From the sequence record OZ336093.1: a stretch of DNA of 64,000 bases; one strand, given 5' to 3'. The number at the start of each line of letters is the position of its first letter. Positions within the stretch are counted from its first letter, which is position 1. The position numbers and the translations under genes were made by a program. The stretch is from a phage. Below the pieces are notes generated by a model. It made no database searches, was not told where the DNA came from, and saw only the letters and a program-made list of their open reading frames with translations. Shown piece after piece: positions 50,304-59,356 of the stretch.

Positions 50304-50807
50304 CTATAATTGTAGGTTGCATTCTTTACTTACCTCTTCAAGTTTAATCTCCGAGTCCTTAAGTCGTTTCTTATGAACTCTGAATCTTAGTAGTGAGATA
50401 ATGATACCAGCTAAAGGAACAGCATACAAGTACCATGCATCATATACCTTTGCAGTAATCTGTGTGATAGTTAAATCTTGAGCTATGTAACTGATTGCTG
50501 ATACGGCTAGTAATGTTGCTAAGAAGAAAACCAGTATCATAGCAATATTCAGACAACCTCTGGCATGGTATTCATGCTTAATGCACTTATTCTTCTCTTC
50601 AACAACCCTGTTGTAGTCATTTGTAAAGTCTCTGTAGAAAGCTTTCAAGTATTCTTGAGTGTAGCCTTCAAAGCAACCTGTACCGTACCAATAGTCACCA
50701 CCAAAGTGTGCTATGATACCGGTATCCCCATTTGGTTTGGTTACTCTCAAAGAGGTGTGATGACGAGTATCCTGATAATCTATCTTGTATCTTTCTTCGT
50801 AAATCAT
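50304..50807 (-). CDS. hypothetical membrane protein
   Basis: two hydrophobic helices (ILVFFLATLLAVSAISYI, YAVPLAGIIISLL). Confidence 0.5.
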   Translation of the reverse strand: MIYEERYKIDYQDTRHHTSLRVTKPNGDTGIIAHFGGDYWYGTGCFEGYTQEYLKAFYRDFTNDYNRVVEEKNKCIKHEYHARGCLNIAMILVFFLATLLAVSAISYIAQDLTITQITAKVYDAWYLYAVPLAGIIISLLRFRVHKKRLKDSEIKLEEVSKECNLQL

Positions 50808-51022
50808 TTTCCAATCCCTCTCAATCGTTTATTCCACTCAAGGTCAACAAGTCTTTGCAGGACTTTCCCTCTAGGTGTTACACCTTTTAAATCTGCATCG
50901 TAGCAACGGTAAAAGTCACCTTCAGCGTGTTTACCATAGCACTTTCTTATATTCTGACTTCTACGATATTGCTCTAACAGGGACAGTTTGTAGTAATCTT
51001 CAACTGTAGTTAGCTTTTTCAT
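50804..51022 (-). CDS. hypothetical protein
   Basis: 72 aa ORF. Confidence 0.4.
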   Translation of the reverse strand: MKKLTTVEDYYKLSLLEQYRRSQNIRKCYGKHAEGDFYRCYDADLKGVTPRGKVLQRLVDLEWNKRLRGIGK

Positions 51023-51105
51023 TCTTTTACCATGCCTCTTATCTAGAAACTAAAAAGGGAACTACCTCTCGATAGCTCCCATCATAATCAGTGTTGTATA
51101 CTCGG

Positions 51106-51687
51106 TCAAGAGTATTTTTTAGGCAGCAATGCACTGCGCTTGTTACTCTCTTCACTCAATAGTGCAATGAAATCATCACTTTTACCTTTCCACGGGCTGA
51201 ATGAAGGGATATGTTCGCGGATAGCCTCAATCACTGTTTTAAGTGCTGTGTTCTTCATCCACCAATCAGAATCTGCTGATGCTACCACGTAGTATCCACC
51301 GTCATCAGTTAAAATTGGCTCTGAAATACATGGTGAAATCAAAGTGGTGATGATTGAACCGTTGTTCATGTAGTATGTGCGCTTCATAACCTTTTCAAGA
51401 AGCTTGTGAAGGTCACCAAACAGTGTTACAAGTTCTTTGTGGTCAATATCTTTTTCGAGGTTTGCTCGATACTTCAATAGTGCAGCATCAACCTCTCTGT
51501 CATTGAACTTGAAATATTGAACCTCTTCAACAAGGCAAACACTGATATTGTTGACATTCATAGTCAACTTGCAAACTTTTACAGGAGAGTTGATATTTGG
51601 TTGAAAAAGTGCAATACAACCTTCAATATTTCCAAAATGTTGTACCAGTGTTACTTGTGGAGTGATATTCTGTTGCTCTTCGGACAT
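51106..51687 (-). CDS. hypothetical protein
   Basis: 193 aa ORF. Confidence 0.5.
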   Translation of the reverse strand: MSEEQQNITPQVTLVQHFGNIEGCIALFQPNINSPVKVCKLTMNVNNISVCLVEEVQYFKFNDREVDAALLKYRANLEKDIDHKELVTLFGDLHKLLEKVMKRTYYMNNGSIITTLISPCISEPILTDDGGYYVVASADSDWWMKNTALKTVIEAIREHIPSFSPWKGKSDDFIALLSEESNKRSALLPKKYS

Positions 51688-52031
51688 TACAGTTTCCTCA
51701 TTAAATACTTTTTAAGTTGGGTGTTAGGTTTCTCAAAAACTTCTATAGAAGATATCTTGACAGATTCACCACGCATACCAGTATGTTTGAATATGTAATA
51801 CTCTAACATCCCTATGTACTTTGCTGGTAAGTCATATTTGACATACACCGTTACAGAATCTTCAAACTCAACAACCTTTGTACCATCTTTGTAGTTAAAC
51901 TCTTTAGGATGGTTGTAGTTGTCTATATCGTACATTAAGAAGAGTCTTTTACGTTGTAAGTCAAGCTTATTTGTTAAAGACTCTTTAATATCTGAGAAGT
52001 TTTTGTAAACTGTGACATGGAGCTTACTCAT
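51687..52031 (-). CDS. hypothetical protein
   Basis: 114 aa ORF. Confidence 0.5.
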   Translation of the reverse strand: MSKLHVTVYKNFSDIKESLTNKLDLQRKRLFLMYDIDNYNHPKEFNYKDGTKVVEFEDSVTVYVKYDLPAKYIGMLEYYIFKHTGMRGESVKISSIEVFEKPNTQLKKYLMRKL

Positions 52032-52317
52032 CGTTAAACTCTCTGACGAAGAAATAGTTGACTTTATTATTACCTACCATAAGGTCAAAGCAGGTGTTCT
52101 CAAAAGGCTTGTTGTAGGCATCATATGAAGTGTACGTATCAGCTACTTGCTTAGTAGTGAGCTTTTTACTTGATGGATTTAAGAGGCCACCATACAGTTT
52201 CTTGATAGCCTCTTCTACAACAGACCAGATGATTTCGTCAGTAATTTCTTCGTACAGGTCAAGTTCACGCTCTAGTGAGAAGTCACAAATAGGGAAAATA
52301 ACCTGTACTTTACTCAT
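52024..52317 (-). CDS. hypothetical protein
   Basis: 97 aa ORF. Confidence 0.45.
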   Translation of the reverse strand: MSKVQVIFPICDFSLERELDLYEEITDEIIWSVVEEAIKKLYGGLLNPSSKKLTTKQVADTYTSYDAYNKPFENTCFDLMVGNNKVNYFFVREFNDE

Positions 52318-52712
52318 TAGCGAATGACCTGTGTTACCTGAATAGCTTCAGTTACTGACAAATCACCAACCGTTTCTTCTTTGACGAAGGTGAAGGTAAG
52401 TTCAACAGGCTCTTGTTCTTCCTGCTCAACCGGAATACCGTTAAGCTCATCAAAGATTGATTGAGTTGTCCAGTCTTCTCCACCATCTGGGTAGTGGATT
52501 GCGTAAAGAGGGAACTCTAAATTATACCAAGCAAATACAGGACAACCATCTTCATCATCTCGACATCTGTGGAGATATGTGTTTGTACCTTCAAAATGCA
52601 AATGGAGATTACCATTCTTCTCAAATAGAAGAGCATCTTGCAGGTCTAGTTCCTCATTTTCGCTATAACGGCTGACATCAACCTTAACATGGATATGACT
52701 GTTATTATTCAT
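52317..52712 (-). CDS. hypothetical protein
   Basis: 131 aa ORF. Confidence 0.5.
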   Translation of the reverse strand: MNNNSHIHVKVDVSRYSENEELDLQDALLFEKNGNLHLHFEGTNTYLHRCRDDEDGCPVFAWYNLEFPLYAIHYPDGGEDWTTQSIFDELNGIPVEQEEQEPVELTFTFVKEETVGDLSVTEAIQVTQVIR

Positions 52713-53103
52713 AAAAACCTCTCTCTGCTTGTTCGATTTTTGCTCTTAAAATTTCGCAATGTTGTAAATGGTAGTTAGCTTCTTGTTCATGTGTTGCTAA
52801 CTGCCTTTCAAGAACAGTTTTATAATAACCTGCAAGTTGCTCTTTTGTCAACGGGTGTTCTGAAATAATATCAAGTCCACTTTCGCCAAGAGGGTTGAAT
52901 TGTCCATGCTCATTGACATTGTAAGTCTCAAACTTGAACAGACCATTGTTCACAGACTCAATAGGCGACAGCTCAACAAGCTCTACAGTAAACCGTGTAT
53001 ATACCTTGTCACCTCTTGAAACCACATTGTTTCCGACAATGCGTACAAGCGAGCCATTACGAGTGTACTTAAAAGTTCCAAAGTCACTAGCCCAAAGTTT
53101 CAT
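52705..53103 (-). CDS. hypothetical protein
   Basis: 132 aa ORF. Confidence 0.5.
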   Translation of the reverse strand: MKLWASDFGTFKYTRNGSLVRIVGNNVVSRGDKVYTRFTVELVELSPIESVNNGLFKFETYNVNEHGQFNPLGESGLDIISEHPLTKEQLAGYYKTVLERQLATHEQEANYHLQHCEILRAKIEQAERGFYE

Positions 53104-53117
53104 AGTTTTCTCCTTAG

Positions 53118-53140
53118 AAAATAAAAAGGCTCCCGAAGGA
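53118..53140 (-). terminator. rho-independent terminator
   Basis: minus strand reads GGCTCC-TTCG-GGAGCC followed by TTTTTATTTT, just downstream of the endolysin gene. Confidence 0.6.
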
Positions 53141-53153
53141 GCCTATGAAGATA

Positions 53154-53618
53154 TTACTTTGGATATACACTGTCAAGATAAATGTCAGCTTCCATTCTAC
53201 GTCTGTTTTTCAGGCCGTTTGAAGTGACCTTCTTACCTTTTACTGTAACCTTGTTCCACCACTGCATAGCTTCTGCACAACCGACCTTATTACCAGCATT
53301 GTGGCGCTTGATAAATGTAGAGTCCTGCATAGCTGTGATACCAATGTTGTATGTTTCACTTACAAGTGCATCAAACTCATTCTGAGAAGTTGGAACCTTG
53401 ATGGCTTTGTTCACTGCTGTAACGAACTTTTCAACATCTGCAAGAAGATACTGTTCAGCTTGTTCAGCGGTAATCTTCATACCCATCTTAACAGGCTTCC
53501 CACCAATACGAATTGTCCCATACCCAATTGTGGGGATTCCAGCAGAATCTTCGTAAGACTCAAGCTTAAGACCTTCAAAGAACTTAATAGCTTCTAAACC
53601 TTTTCTTGAGAGTTGCAT
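53154..53618 (-). CDS. endolysin, glycoside hydrolase family 24 (T4/lambda lysozyme-like)
   Basis: N-terminal LEAIKFFEGLKLESYEDSAGIPTIGYG matches GH24 catalytic region. Confidence 0.8.
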   Translation of the reverse strand: MQLSRKGLEAIKFFEGLKLESYEDSAGIPTIGYGTIRIGGKPVKMGMKITAEQAEQYLLADVEKFVTAVNKAIKVPTSQNEFDALVSETYNIGITAMQDSTFIKRHNAGNKVGCAEAMQWWNKVTVKGKKVTSNGLKNRRRMEADIYLDSVYPK

Positions 53619-54751
53619 TATGCCTCCCCTGCTGTGTTAACAGTAACTGTTGCTGCATTAGATGTTACAGAGCCACCTGCACCAGTAACTACACAGGTGT
53701 AGCTTCCTGCATCAGCAGCGGTTGCACCTTCTTTGGTGTAAGTTGCAGCAGTTGCGTCTGGGATGACTTCCTCACCTTTCTTCCACTGATAACCTGTTGC
53801 ACCAGTAGCCACAACATTCAGCGTTAAGGTCTCACCTTCAGTGATTTCTTGATTGGTTGGCTGTTGAGTAATTACTGGAAGTGCGTTCACAGTTACTACA
53901 GCAGCATTAGATGTCACTGCACCACCCGCACCTGTTACAACGCAAGTATATGAGCCTGCATCTGCTGGCAGAGCACCAGACTTGCTATAGGTAGCATTTG
54001 TAGCTGAAGGAATGTCAGAGCCATCTTTCTTCCACTGGTAACCTGTCGCACCTGTTGCAGTCACTTCCAAGTTAATGCTTCCACCCTCATTGACAGTCTG
54101 ACCAGAAGGCTGCTGTGTAATCACAGGCAGTGCATTAACAGCAACTGTTGCCGCATCTGAGGTAACACTTGTTCCAGCCTCTCCAGATACAACACAAGTG
54201 TATGAGCCAGCATCAGAAGGTACTACGGACTGTTTTGTATAAGTTGCAGAGGTGGCACTAGGAATATCCTCTCCATCCTTTTTCCATTGATATCCAGTGG
54301 CATTCGTTGCAATAACACTTAGGGTAAGCGTACCACCTTCATTTACTGTTTGATTGGTTGGTTGCTGAGTGATTGCTGGTGGCTTGATAGCATCCTTCAA
54401 CTTAGCATTCAACATTGAGAATGGTTTAACTCTTGCCAGCCATTCACAATAAATTGTGTCAACGTCTTTACCATTGATAATTGCATATTGTAAGTCCATG
54501 AAGAAGTCAGAAGTTCTCATTTGAGCACCAATGCTGTAAAGCAACTCATCACTAAATGGAACTTTGTAGTCTGGTTTGTAGTCAAACTCATCGACTTCTG
54601 CAATATCAGCTTCAGGCCAATACGAACTGTAGGTAAGCGGTAAAATAGCCTCTTGATATGTTCTAAAATCATATCTCTTACCAGCCTTTACGTTTGCAAT
54701 GAAGCCCTTCACAAACTCTTTGAAGTCTGGGTAAGTCTTTGCTTTAATCAT
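53618..54751 (-). CDS. protein with three tandem Ig-like domains fused to an N-terminal domain
   Basis: three repeats of about 90 aa each containing TGYQWKKDG...DAGSYTCVV; N-terminal 120 aa paralogous to the adjacent 54748-55119 product. Confidence 0.6.
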   Translation of the reverse strand: MIKAKTYPDFKEFVKGFIANVKAGKRYDFRTYQEAILPLTYSSYWPEADIAEVDEFDYKPDYKVPFSDELLYSIGAQMRTSDFFMDLQYAIINGKDVDTIYCEWLARVKPFSMLNAKLKDAIKPPAITQQPTNQTVNEGGTLTLSVIATNATGYQWKKDGEDIPSATSATYTKQSVVPSDAGSYTCVVSGEAGTSVTSDAATVAVNALPVITQQPSGQTVNEGGSINLEVTATGATGYQWKKDGSDIPSATNATYSKSGALPADAGSYTCVVTGAGGAVTSNAAVVTVNALPVITQQPTNQEITEGETLTLNVVATGATGYQWKKGEEVIPDATAATYTKEGATAADAGSYTCVVTGAGGSVTSNAATVTVNTAGEA

Positions 54752-55119
54752 TTCTTTTTAGCCTCTAAATGTGCGTTTAGTCTAAAATAACCTTTGTGAT
54801 GCGGAGATACGTCACCAACAACAATACCTTTAACCTTATAACCTTTACCAATTACATACTGGATATCCATAAGGAATCTTCCAAGACCAACAATATGGAA
54901 CATTGGATATAATAGATTCTCAGAGTCTGGAATATTGATTTCGGGTTTGTAGGTACGATGTTCGATTGTTGGTGTAATATCTTCTTCAGGCCATTTGCTG
55001 AGTCTCCATGTCAAAGGTGTTGGGATAACATCATTAAGGCTGTACCTTTCACCATTTTGCACGGAATTGACATAGGATTGTAGGAAGCAATAAAAGTCTT
55101 TTGCACTCTTAGCTTTCAT
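54748..55119 (-). CDS. hypothetical protein, paralogue of the N-terminal domain of the Ig-like protein
   Basis: shared blocks FLMDIQYVI, YKPE, LNA(H/K)L with the 53618-54751 product. Confidence 0.5.
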   Translation of the reverse strand: MKAKSAKDFYCFLQSYVNSVQNGERYSLNDVIPTPLTWRLSKWPEEDITPTIEHRTYKPEINIPDSENLLYPMFHIVGLGRFLMDIQYVIGKGYKVKGIVVGDVSPHHKGYFRLNAHLEAKKK

Positions 55120-55166
55120 TAAATATCCTTATAAATAGTTAAAGGGGCATCAGCCCCTATTCACAC

Positions 55167-55757
55167 TTAAGCTTTGGTCTTAAGTAGGTTCTTAAGTTTT
55201 TTAAGATTCATACTCTCATCAAACTTAAAACCAAATCCATTGACATAATCAATGAACTCGGATTTCTTACTAAGTGACAATGCGTAACTCATATCGAAGT
55301 TCTTACTTGTTTCTGCGTCTGGACTAGAGTTCACATCAAATGAAATTTCTGTAGGTTCTTGCTTACTTTTTCTCATATTATCAACCAACAAACATGTATA
55401 GTTTGCTGGATAGAAGTTTACACTGCCATCAACGTAGCTGTACTTATTATTATGGATAAGGTTGGAAAATACCTTAAGAAATGTTTCTGAGTCGTGGCAA
55501 ACAAGTTTGAATTGGCTGCTCTCTCCAAGCGCAACTAATGAGTACGGACTTTCACTATCAAAGTCATAATTTGGATTCGATGGCGTCACTGTTACACGCA
55601 TCAAGTTATTAGCAATAGTCTTCTGTTTAAAAGAATTTTGAACATAGTGAAGACCTCTATCAGACTGATTGACTAGCTCTTTAAGTAGGTCATTTGCATA
55701 TGGTGAATTAATTGATACAGAGCCATCACTATTGTAATTAAAACTTACTGTTAACAT
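55167..55757 (-). CDS. hypothetical protein
   Basis: 196 aa ORF. Confidence 0.5.
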   Translation of the reverse strand: MLTVSFNYNSDGSVSINSPYANDLLKELVNQSDRGLHYVQNSFKQKTIANNLMRVTVTPSNPNYDFDSESPYSLVALGESSQFKLVCHDSETFLKVFSNLIHNNKYSYVDGSVNFYPANYTCLLVDNMRKSKQEPTEISFDVNSSPDAETSKNFDMSYALSLSKKSEFIDYVNGFGFKFDESMNLKKLKNLLKTKA

Positions 55758-55984
55758 TTTTCAGTTCTCCTGCGGTTTATAATTTTGCTGCAATAGAGAA
55801 ACGAAGTAAACTCACTGGAAGAAACCATTAAGTGTTGTTCACTAGATTGAGCCATTGCCCTGAAATACATTCCAGTCAAAGCATCATAGTGACTATTCTT
55901 TCCAATTGAGGTTATATAGCCATGACTCTTTGCAGTTTGATATAAATCTATAATATCTGCGATTTCTAATTGGGAACTACACAT
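55751..55984 (-). CDS. hypothetical protein
   Basis: 77 aa ORF. Confidence 0.4.
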   Translation of the reverse strand: MCSSQLEIADIIDLYQTAKSHGYITSIGKNSHYDALTGMYFRAMAQSSEQHLMVSSSEFTSFLYCSKIINRRRTEKC

Positions 55985-56148
55985 AGATAATCCTCTTGTC
56001 TTCTGTAATTTTGAAAGAACAGGTACAGACCAATTTCAGAGGACGAATAGTAGATTAATTCTACCCTTTTTGATTCCTTACAGTGATTGGTATTCTTACC
56101 TTTCTTCGGTTTATTTGATTTTCTCATTAAGTCTCCTTTGTAGAACAA
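55966..56148 (-). CDS. hypothetical small basic protein
   Basis: 60 aa ORF. Confidence 0.3.
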   Translation of the reverse strand: MFYKGDLMRKSNKPKKGKNTNHCKESKRVELIYYSSSEIGLYLFFQNYRRQEDYLCVVPN

Positions 56149-56221
56149 GGCAGACCTACAGCTTAAGTAAGATGGTACAGTAATCCATACAACAAGTCAA
56201 GAACTATTGCAAGTTAAAAAA

Positions 56222-56262
56222 GTTGTTGACAAAGTACTTGACAAGGTGTAGGCTTATAAATA
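56222..56262. promoter_or_regulatory. divergent promoter region with tandem TTGACA boxes
   Basis: GTTGTTGACAAAGTACTTGACAAGGTG...TTATAAATACT; inverted repeat AGATATC-N6-GATATCT at 56310-56330. Confidence 0.45.
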
Positions 56263-56375
56263 CTTAGAAGATAACTTAAAAGGTTCCTCTAAAAAGGCTA
56301 TTTAAACAGATATCTTTCTGGATATCTATCTTTTATCTTAAAAGCCTTTTAAGAGGTCTTATAAGAGGCATACCA

Positions 56376-56747
56376 ATGAAAAACAGAACAAACAAAGGCC
56401 AGTTTAAAAAAGGCCAGTCTGGAAACCCATCTGGAAGACCAAAAGGCTCTCGTAACAAAAGCTCACTTGTAAAAGCTCAACTGACCATTGATAATTCTGC
56501 TGAGTTTGCTGCAAAGTTGTTTGAGGCGGTTGTTACAAGGGATGCTGCTAAGCTTGCAGAGTTCGGTTTGACGACTGACGATGTAAACCTGAAGTCGATG
56601 ATGGAGGCTGGTAAAACCATCATGACTCACTCAGCAGGTGAGATGAAAGCGATTGCAGCAGACACTAAGAAGACCCCTGATAATGGTGGTCAGTCTCAGA
56701 CAGATAACAAACCAACGTTCTCTGCTGTAGCGACTCTCAAAAAATAA
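56376..56747 (+). CDS. hypothetical protein with N-terminal GNPxGRPKG-type basic motif
   Basis: KKGQSGNPSGRPKGSRNK near N-terminus. Confidence 0.5.
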   Translation: MKNRTNKGQFKKGQSGNPSGRPKGSRNKSSLVKAQLTIDNSAEFAAKLFEAVVTRDAAKLAEFGLTTDDVNLKSMMEAGKTIMTHSAGEMKAIAADTKKTPDNGGQSQTDNKPTFSAVATLKK

Positions 56748-56828
56748 TTTTAAAAGGTGTTGACAGACTCTACAAAGTTGCTCTAAAGTCTGTCACATCA
56801 ACAAACAAATGAGAGAAGAGAGTAAAAT

Positions 56829-58244
56829 ATGAGCGAATTATTTAAACATGCGCACCTTCATGCAGGTCGAACTGAAAATGGTGCTGTAAACCATACTTCA
56901 TCAATGTCTGCTCTTGTAGACTTTTACAAAGCTGCTGGTTCAAGCCGTAGCAACGTAGAAATCTTACCAGACCTGTTCTACAAAGCTTTGCGTGAGGATG
57001 TTGATGTTGCAGTTCGTATTTTGCTTCATATGCGAGATGTACGAGAAGGCATGGGTGAGCGTAAAGCCTTCAGAACTGTTTTACTTCAAGCGATTGAAGA
57101 TAAGGTTTTAGAACCTACACAGGTTCTTCGCATTATGGATAAGATTGCAGAGCTTGGTCGTTTTGATGACTTCAAAATCTTCGTAGGTACTCGTTTCGAG
57201 ACAGATGCCTTCAAACATTTAGAAGCAGCATTACTAGACCCTGCAACAGCAGGTTTGGCAGCCAAGTGGCTACCACGAGTCAAACCACGTCATAAGCAGT
57301 TTGTAAAACGTTTCTGCAAGTTTGCCAACTTGAGTGAGAAAGAGTACCGCACACTGTTGTCTGCACTATCTGATACAGTTGAGCAAAAAATCTCTGCTAA
57401 TGAGTTTGGTAAGATTGACTACAGTAAGATTCCTTCACTTGCTGCTGCACGTTACCAAAACCTGTTTAACCGTAAAGATGGAGAGCGTTACAAAGCTTAC
57501 ATCGAGTCCTTATCAAAAGGTGAGACTAAGATTAACGCTGGTGCTGTTTACCCATACGATGTGATTAAATCTATTAAGTATGGTAATGCAGATGTTGCTA
57601 ATGAGCAGTGGAAAGCACTACCAAACTGGATGGCAGAAGGTGAAAACATCTTGTGCATGACTGATGTCTCAAGCTCAATGTCTTGGGTGAATCTTGGTTC
57701 AATCACTGCTCTTGATATTGGTGTATCACTTGCATTGTATGTTGCAGAACGTAATACAGGTTGCTTTAAGAATGAGTTGATGGTTTATTCAACAAACCCT
57801 CACTTCATCGAACTGAGTGGTGATTTACGAAACCGTCATCGTCAGGTGATGCGACACGTTGAATATGGCTCAACTAACTTACAAGCAGCTTTTGACCGTA
57901 TTCTTGAGACAGGTAAAAGAAACAACTTGACTCAGAAAGATATGCCAAGTAAGCTTATCATTTTCTCCGATATGGAGTTTAATCAGGTTGATGGTGCTAA
58001 TGGCCGTACAAACTTCGAAGCAATTCGAGATAAGTACGAAAAAGCTGGATATGAGATGCCACAACTGGTATTCTGGTACTTAGCAAACCGTAATGGTACT
58101 TGCGAAGTGTCTGTTAAGGATAACGGTGTAGCAATGGTATCAGGCTTCTCTCCAGCTACTTTAAAAGCTCTGCTTGGTGGTGAGAAGTTTGACCCAATCA
58201 GCGTAATGCTCAAAGCAGTAATGATTGACCGTTATATCTGGTAA
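56829..58244 (+). CDS. vWA-domain protein, possibly Ro60/Rsr-like (TROVE-vWA) RNA-binding protein
   Basis: MIDAS-like motif CMTDVSSSMS with downstream T and SDME residues at vWA-typical spacing; about 260 aa helical N-terminal region; sits directly upstream of tRNA/structured-RNA array. Confidence 0.55.
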   Translation: MSELFKHAHLHAGRTENGAVNHTSSMSALVDFYKAAGSSRSNVEILPDLFYKALREDVDVAVRILLHMRDVREGMGERKAFRTVLLQAIEDKVLEPTQVLRIMDKIAELGRFDDFKIFVGTRFETDAFKHLEAALLDPATAGLAAKWLPRVKPRHKQFVKRFCKFANLSEKEYRTLLSALSDTVEQKISANEFGKIDYSKIPSLAAARYQNLFNRKDGERYKAYIESLSKGETKINAGAVYPYDVIKSIKYGNADVANEQWKALPNWMAEGENILCMTDVSSSMSWVNLGSITALDIGVSLALYVAERNTGCFKNELMVYSTNPHFIELSGDLRNRHRQVMRHVEYGSTNLQAAFDRILETGKRNNLTQKDMPSKLIIFSDMEFNQVDGANGRTNFEAIRDKYEKAGYEMPQLVFWYLANRNGTCEVSVKDNGVAMVSGFSPATLKALLGGEKFDPISVMLKAVMIDRYIW

Positions 58245-58410
58245 AAAAGTTTTAAAAAGGGTATTGACAATGTGTTTAATACCCTTTAATATGTTCTACA
58301 TAGAAACGAAATGAGAGCTTTTCTAAGATACTGAAAAATATTTTAAAAAAGTTCTTGACAATCACTAAAAAATAATGTTAAAGTGGTTACATAGAGTTTG
58401 AAAAGTTTAT

Positions 58411-58487
58411 CTCTGTTTAGCTCAGCTTGGTAGAGCGTTCCGTTTGGGGCGGTAAGGCCGGAGGTTCAAGTCCTCCAACAGAGACCA
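58411..58487 (+). tRNA. tRNA-Pro (anticodon TGG)
   Basis: hand-folded cloverleaf, 7 bp acceptor, T-arm GGAGG-TTCAAGT-CCTCC, CCA encoded. Confidence 0.7.
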
Positions 58488-58494
58488 AATTAAT

Positions 58495-58572
58495 GTTCCA
58501 GTAGACAAAATGGTAAAGTCACCACTCTTTCAAAGTGGATATCTGAGGGTTCAAATCCCTTCTGGAACGCCA
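58495..58572 (+). tRNA. tRNA-Glu (anticodon TTC)
   Basis: acceptor GTTCCAG/CTGGAAC, anticodon loop CTTTCAA, CCA encoded. Confidence 0.7.
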
Positions 58573-58579
58573 GTTTTGA

Positions 58580-58655
58580 CAGAAGACCAATTACAGCAAA
58601 CTTAATCTTATTCATCTGAAGGTAAATCGGACAAAGAAGAGATTTGGTCTGGTCA
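58580..58655 (+). ncRNA. structured RNA element, copy 1 (5' AGAAGACCAA / 3' TTGGTCTGG closing stem)
   Basis: conserved 5' block CAGAAGACCnnTTACAGCAA and 3' block GGTCTGG; stem covaries between copies. Confidence 0.5.
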
Positions 58656-58663
58656 TTAAGAAT

Positions 58664-58740
58664 TGCGGGTATAGAGAAAGGGCGTCTCACATGTCTCATT
58701 AGCATGGTATCGGCAGGTTCGACTCCTGCACCCGCCTCCA
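58664..58740 (+). tRNA. tRNA with anticodon CAT (Met or Ile2), irregular fold
   Basis: T-arm GCAGG-TTCGACT-CCTGC and CCA present; acceptor/D-arm register ambiguous. Confidence 0.5.
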
Positions 58741-58746
58741 AATTTG

Positions 58747-58808
58747 CAGAAGACCGTATTCAGCAACAAAATACTTTTTGCGGATAAAAGAAAAAACACG
58801 GTCTGGCA
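58747..58808 (+). ncRNA. structured RNA element, copy 2 (5' AGACCGT / 3' ACGGTCT stem)
   Basis: same conserved blocks as copy 1 with compensatory stem changes. Confidence 0.5.
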
Positions 58809-58817
58809 ATGTATTAA

Positions 58818-58894
58818 GGTTAGGAAGCACATAAGGTATGTGCGGTCGCCTGTTAAGCGAATGGCACAGGGTTCGAATCCCTGACTAACCGCCA
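58818..58894 (+). tRNA. tRNA-Asn (anticodon GTT)
   Basis: acceptor GGTTAGG/ACTAACC, loop CTGTTAA, CCA encoded. Confidence 0.7.
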
Positions 58895-58903
58895 AATTTA
58901 AAT

Positions 58904-58991
58904 GTGTCGTTATCCCGTAGATGGTAGCGGTGGGGACTGTAAATCCCTTGTCATTGAGACTCGGTAGGTTCGACTCCTACACGGCACACCA
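58904..58991 (+). tRNA. tRNA-Tyr (anticodon GTA), long variable arm
   Basis: loop CTGTAAA, long variable arm, T-arm GTAGG-TTCGACT-CCTAC, CCA encoded. Confidence 0.7.
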
Positions 58992-58996
58992 ATAAA

Positions 58997-59074
58997 GGTT
59001 ATGTAGTTTAATTTGGTTAAAATGCTCCCCTGTCACGGGAGATGATGAGGGTTCAAATCCCTTCGTAACCGCCA
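58997..59074 (+). tRNA. tRNA-Asp (anticodon GTC)
   Basis: stem CTCCC/GGGAG around loop CTGTCAC, CCA encoded. Confidence 0.7.
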
Positions 59075-59135
59075 ATTTTGAGAGGGCTATTTAGCCCCTC
59101 CCTTAAAGGGTTCTTACGAGTATCCTTTAAAGGGG

Positions 59136-59211
59136 CAGAAGACCAAATACAGCAAGAATGTATGAAATTTCAAGCCAATTTAATTTTGAAAATTTAAAAC
59201 TTGGTCTGGCT
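59136..59211 (+). ncRNA. structured RNA element, copy 3 (5' AGACCAA / 3' TTGGTCT stem)
   Basis: conserved CAGAAGACCAAATACAGCAA and TTGGTCTGG. Confidence 0.5.
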
Positions 59212-59222
59212 CAACAAATTTA

Positions 59223-59356
59223 CAGAAGACCGTTTACAGCAAAACTTAAACAATCTATTTCTCCGGTAAAGAAAAGGCGAAGGTTCGATTCCTTCACTCG
59301 GCAGATGTCGAGTTGGTGTAATGGTAGCACTTAAGATGATAAACAACGGTCTGGTA
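59223..59356 (+). ncRNA. structured RNA element, copy 4, with internal tRNA-like module
   Basis: closing stem AGACCGTT/AACGGTCT; interior carries T-arm-like GAAGG-TTCGATT-CCTTC and D-arm-like GTTGGTGTAATGGTAGCAC but no complete tRNA. Confidence 0.5.

Noticed and set aside
59255-59335. A complete tRNA within structured element copy 4
   Set aside because: A T-arm and D-arm-like segments are present but in the wrong order and without a pairing acceptor stem; treated as a tRNA-like module
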